Below, one piece after another: positions 9,637 through 12,171 of a stretch of 12,171 bases of DNA. Positions within the stretch are counted from its first letter, which is position 1. Each line of letters begins with the position of its first letter. The translations under genes were made by a program, and so were the position numbers. Source of the stretch: an uncultured Gemmatimonadales bacterium (GTDB taxonomy: Bacteria > Gemmatimonadota > Gemmatimonadetes > Gemmatimonadales > Gemmatimonadaceae); the NCBI GenBank assembly GCA_963793305.1, contig CAWBZV010000013.1, forward strand, positions 1-12,171. The letters are read 5' to 3'. Under the pieces are notes generated by a model. The model was not told where the DNA came from and searched no databases. It worked only from the letters and a program-made list of their open reading frames with translations.

Positions 9637-9657
9637 GGCGGAGCCGGGGTAACTGGG

Positions 9658-9663
9658 ATTATA
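9658..9663 (-). promoter_or_regulatory. Candidate -10 element (TATAAT) for the trpE-like gene
   Basis: Perfect TATAAT on the minus strand ending 21 nt upstream of the ATG at 9636, within GC-rich DNA. No clear -35. Confidence 0.5.
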
Positions 9664-9691
9664 CGGGAGCGTGCTTCTTCTTCTGCTTGGC

Positions 9692-9721
9692 TTGCGCGCT
9701 TCCAGCGGCCCTGCATATACT
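9692..9721 (+). promoter_or_regulatory. Candidate sigma70 promoter for gdhA
   Basis: TTGCGC (9692-9697), 18-nt spacer, TATACT (9716-9721), about 90 nt upstream of the ATG. Confidence 0.45.
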
Positions 9722-9809
9722 TTGTTGGTTTGGCCTAAAGACAGGACGCGCGCCCCAATTACGTCGTCCCTTTCACGCTACGAGCGTCGGTGATTCAATC
9801 GGAGAATGT

Positions 9810-11078
9810 ATGGCTACCGCACACTCGCTGGATACAGAAAGTAATCCGTGGGAACAACAGGCTGCACGCTTCAACCTCGCAGCCGAAAAACTGCAGCTTG
9901 ATGAAGGACTTTGGCGAGTGCTTCGCCAACCCAACCGCGAGATCATCGTCCACATCCCGGTCAACATGGATAACGGGCAGCTGGAGGTTTTCACCGGCTA
10001 CCGGGTGCAGCACTCGATAGCGCGCGGCCCGGCGAAGGGCGGAGTACGCTACTCCCCGGATGTGACGCTCGACGAAGTGCGCGCTCTGGCGAGCTGGATG
10101 ACGTGGAAGTGCGCGGTGGTCAACATTCCCTTCGGCGGCGCCAAGGGCGGCATCATCTGCGATCCCAAGAACATGTCGCGCGGCGAACTGGAGCGCATGA
10201 CTCGCCGCTACACCGCCGAGCTGATCGAGTTCATCGGTCCGGAGAAAGATGTGCCCGCGCCCGACGTCAACACCAACGAGCAGACCATGGCGTGGATGAT
10301 GGACACCTACTCCATGCACATGCGCCAGACGGTCACGGCCGTCGTCACCGGCAAGCCGCTGAACATGGGCGGATCGCGCGGCCGCCGCGAAGCCACCGGC
10401 CGCGGCGTGATGATCATCTGCGACGAGTCCATCAAGAAGAACAACATGCGGCGTGAAGACACGCGCGTCATCATCCAGGGCTTCGGCAATGTCGGTTCCA
10501 ACGCGGCGCTGCTGATGCACAACGCCGGCTACAAGGTCGTCGGCATCGGCGAATGGGATGGCGGCCTGTACAACCCGAAGGGCATCGACATTCACGCTCT
10601 GTGGGAGTTCCGCCAGAAAGAAGGCACTATCCACGGCTTCAAAGAGGCGGAGAAGGCGGCCACCGCCGACCTGCTAATTACCGACTGCGAAATTCTGATT
10701 CCCGCGGCGACCGAGAATGTCATTACCTCGGTGAACGCCGACAAGGTGAAAGCCAAGATCCTGGTGGAGGGTGCCAACGGTCCGACGACGGCCGCGGCCG
10801 ACGACATCCTCGCCGACAAGGGCGTCTTCGTTATGCCCGACATCCTGGCCAACGCCGGCGGCGTGACCGCTTCCTACTTTGAGTGGGTGCAGGACCGCCA
10901 GGGCTACTTCTGGAAGGAATCGGTGGTCAACGAGCAACTCGAGCACATCATGGTGTCCTCGTTTGAGGACGTGGTGCGCTACGCCGAGACCCATCACGTC
11001 AACAATCGCATTGCCGCTTACATGCTGGCCATCGATCGGGTGGCGTATACGATCCGGCAACGTGGTATCTACGCGTAG
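9810..11078 (+). CDS. gdhA: Glu/Leu/Phe/Val dehydrogenase family, glutamate dehydrogenase (422 aa), intact
   Basis: GGAGA RBS at 9801-9805 and ATG at 9810. Motifs [76 protein letters not shown] and [19 protein letters not shown]. Confidence 0.97.
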   Translation: MATAHSLDTESNPWEQQAARFNLAAEKLQLDEGLWRVLRQPNREIIVHIPVNMDNGQLEVFTGYRVQHSIARGPAKGGVRYSPDVTLDEVRALASWMTWKCAVVNIPFGGAKGGIICDPKNMSRGELERMTRRYTAELIEFIGPEKDVPAPDVNTNEQTMAWMMDTYSMHMRQTVTAVVTGKPLNMGGSRGRREATGRGVMIICDESIKKNNMRREDTRVIIQGFGNVGSNAALLMHNAGYKVVGIGEWDGGLYNPKGIDIHALWEFRQKEGTIHGFKEAEKAATADLLITDCEILIPAATENVITSVNADKVKAKILVEGANGPTTAAADDILADKGVFVMPDILANAGGVTASYFEWVQDRQGYFWKESVVNEQLEHIMVSSFEDVVRYAETHHVNNRIAAYMLAIDRVAYTIRQRGIYA

Positions 11079-11105
11079 TTACGATTCGGTTAATGTTTCC
11101 TCCAC

Positions 11106-11132
11106 GAACAGCTCCCACCGCGGGAGCTGTTC
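11106..11132 (+). terminator. Stem-loop downstream of gdhA, probable intrinsic terminator or mRNA-stabilising hairpin
   Basis: GAACAGCTCCC (11106-11116), loop ACCGC, GGGAGCTGTTC (11122-11132): an 11-bp perfect stem 27 nt after the stop. The U-tract is poor. Confidence 0.65.
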
Positions 11133-11245
11133 TGCATTGTGACAAAATAATTTTCAGACAGTGCTCTGCTACACACCTCCCGTTGGGGCATAATAGCGTC
11201 CAAGTTGTACAGCCAGGGGAAACGCTATACCCCTGGAGGGTCATC

Positions 11246-11503
11246 ATGCCACGCCTGTATTTCTGTCTACGCCTGATCGCAGCCGCGATCGCCAGCCCCG
11301 TGATCGGGATGTACATCCTTGGATCCGCAGTGGTTCAGTTGCTCGGCTTCTCGCGCCGTAGCTCTCCTCCCACTCGCGTAATGTTGCGATTGTGGATGAG
11401 CGTGTGCGACTGGGTGAAAGGTATTCCAGTGGGTTACAGCTACTGGGAGCAGTATGAGGCGCCGGTCATGCTCGACCATATCGTGGTCCACCACGACGAA
11501 TAG
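11246..11503 (+). CDS. Small hypothetical protein (85 aa) with an N-terminal hydrophobic segment
   Basis: GGAGG RBS at 11235-11239 and ATG at 11246. MPRLYFCLRLIAAAIASPVIGMYILGSAVVQLLGF...HHDE. It fills the gap between gdhA and pgsA. No family recognised. Confidence 0.6.
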   Translation: MPRLYFCLRLIAAAIASPVIGMYILGSAVVQLLGFSRRSSPPTRVMLRLWMSVCDWVKGIPVGYSYWEQYEAPVMLDHIVVHHDE

Positions 11504-11528
11504 TGGATTTTGGGCGTGTCTTCGGCGA

Positions 11529-11558
11529 TTGCTTTCAATCTAACCTGTAGCGCATAAT
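11529..11558 (+). promoter_or_regulatory. Candidate sigma70 promoter for pgsA
   Basis: TTGCTT (11529-11534), 18-nt spacer, CATAAT (11553-11558), about 50 nt upstream of the GTG. Confidence 0.35.
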
Positions 11559-11609
11559 CGCGAGTTGCGGCAGCGCAGCAGGCGCGGTGGTGTGCCACTC
11601 TGCTTTTTT

Positions 11610-12171
11610 GTGAATCTCCCGAACTACATTACGCTTGCCCGGATACTCAGCATCCCCCTGCTGATCTGGATTCTTTGCAGCAATCGCTTCAGTTCTGCGA
11701 ACGGCGAGCGTGAGCTGCTGGCGTGTGCCGTTTTCATCGCTGCGTCATTGACCGACGCCATCGACGGCTACCTGGCACGCCGGCGCGCGCAGGTTACGAC
11801 CATCGGAATGCTGCTCGACCCGGTCGCCGACAAGCTCTTGATCGCCGCCGCCTTCGTTACCCTGGTCCAATTCAATCCGAAGATCGTGCCCGCCTGGATG
11901 GTCGTCATCATTGTCGGGCGCGAGTTCCTGGTCAGCGGCCTGCGCTCCATTGCCGCCTCCGAGGGCTTCACCATACAGGCCAGCGACTTGGGCAAGCTGA
12001 AGATGTTTGTCCAGGTCGTCACCGTCGTGGCCGCCATTTTGGACCATCATTGGAGCTACGTGCTTGGCCTGCCGGTGCATCCGATTGCCGTCGTTTCAAT
12101 CTGGGCAATGGTGGTTCTTGCGCTCTGGTCTGCCGCCGACTACTTTGTGGCCTTCTGGAAGAGAGTCGACC
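11610..12171 (+). CDS. pgsA: CDP-diacylglycerol--glycerol-3-phosphate 3-phosphatidyltransferase, runs off the window edge
   Basis: Own translation from GTG 11610: MNLPNYITLARILSIP...ASLTDAIDGYLARRRAQVTTIGMLLDPVADKLL...IIVGREFLVSGLRSIAASEG..ASDLGKLKMFVQV. The full CDP-alcohol phosphotransferase motif DxxDGxxARx8GxxxDxxxD is present. Confidence 0.95.
   Translation, partial: MNLPNYITLARILSIPLLIWILCSNRFSSANGERELLACAVFIAASLTDAIDGYLARRRAQVTTIGMLLDPVADKLLIAAAFVTLVQFNPKIVPAWMVVIIVGREFLVSGLRSIAASEGFTIQASDLGKLKMFVQVVTVVAAILDHHWSYVLGLPVHPIAVVSIWAMVVLALWSAADYFVAFWKRVD

Noticed and set aside
9637..9716. Trp leader peptide upstream of trpE (minus-strand MQGRWKR...)
   Set aside because: It has a single Trp codon, runs on into trpE out of frame, and no terminator/antiterminator pair is visible.
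9687..9809. N-terminal extension of gdhA in the ORF track (start 9687); similarly 11093 for the orphan ORF and 8721 for dcp
   Set aside because: RBS position and protein similarity favour starts at 9810, 11246 and 8787.
9795..10634. 279-aa antisense ORF within gdhA (likewise 1344..1889, 4047..4811, 7958..8821, 11745..12080)
   Set aside because: Long antisense frames are expected opposite GC-rich genes, and these have no recognisable domains.
11577..11609. Terminator-like hairpin plus T-run just before pgsA
   Set aside because: The stem (AGCAG..GTGG/CCAC..CTGCT) is short and heavily bulged, too weak to call an attenuator.
1..12171. CRISPR arrays, tRNA/rRNA, IS elements, integrases or prophage genes explaining the junctions
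   Set aside because: I saw no regularly spaced repeats, RNA-gene signatures, transposase or integrase motifs, or terminal repeats with target duplications.

Overview
This is GC-rich bacterial DNA that looks like a mosaic of at least four unrelated segments joined inside genes. (A) 1-~384 (-): internal fragment of a phospholipase C/phosphoesterase-family gene. (B) ~385-900 (-): GAF-type sensor fragment fused in frame to A. (C) ~890-~9549: an indel-riddled block with an N-truncated M20/M28 peptidase, an amidohydrolase, a LytTR regulator and LytS-type kinase pair (-), and a divergent, tightly packed run of DUF5916/CBM9-like protein, ICMT/PEMT-like methyltransferase, monoheme cytochrome c and a C-truncated M3 (Dcp-like) peptidase. 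(D) ~9545-12171: a clean block with the 5' stub of trpE (-), an intact glutamate dehydrogenase, a small orphan membrane protein and pgsA. Block C resembles Gemmatimonadota or Acidobacteriota and blocks B and D resemble Acidobacteriota; this is an impression only. I saw no rRNA, tRNA, CRISPR array or mobile element. I cannot support a confidently new biological system, because most oddities are best explained by long-read errors and chimeric assembly. The best leads are the GAF-phosphoesterase fusion, the LytS/LytTR-linked DUF5916 operon, a perfect hairpin over the amidohydrolase start codon, and the orphan ORF.
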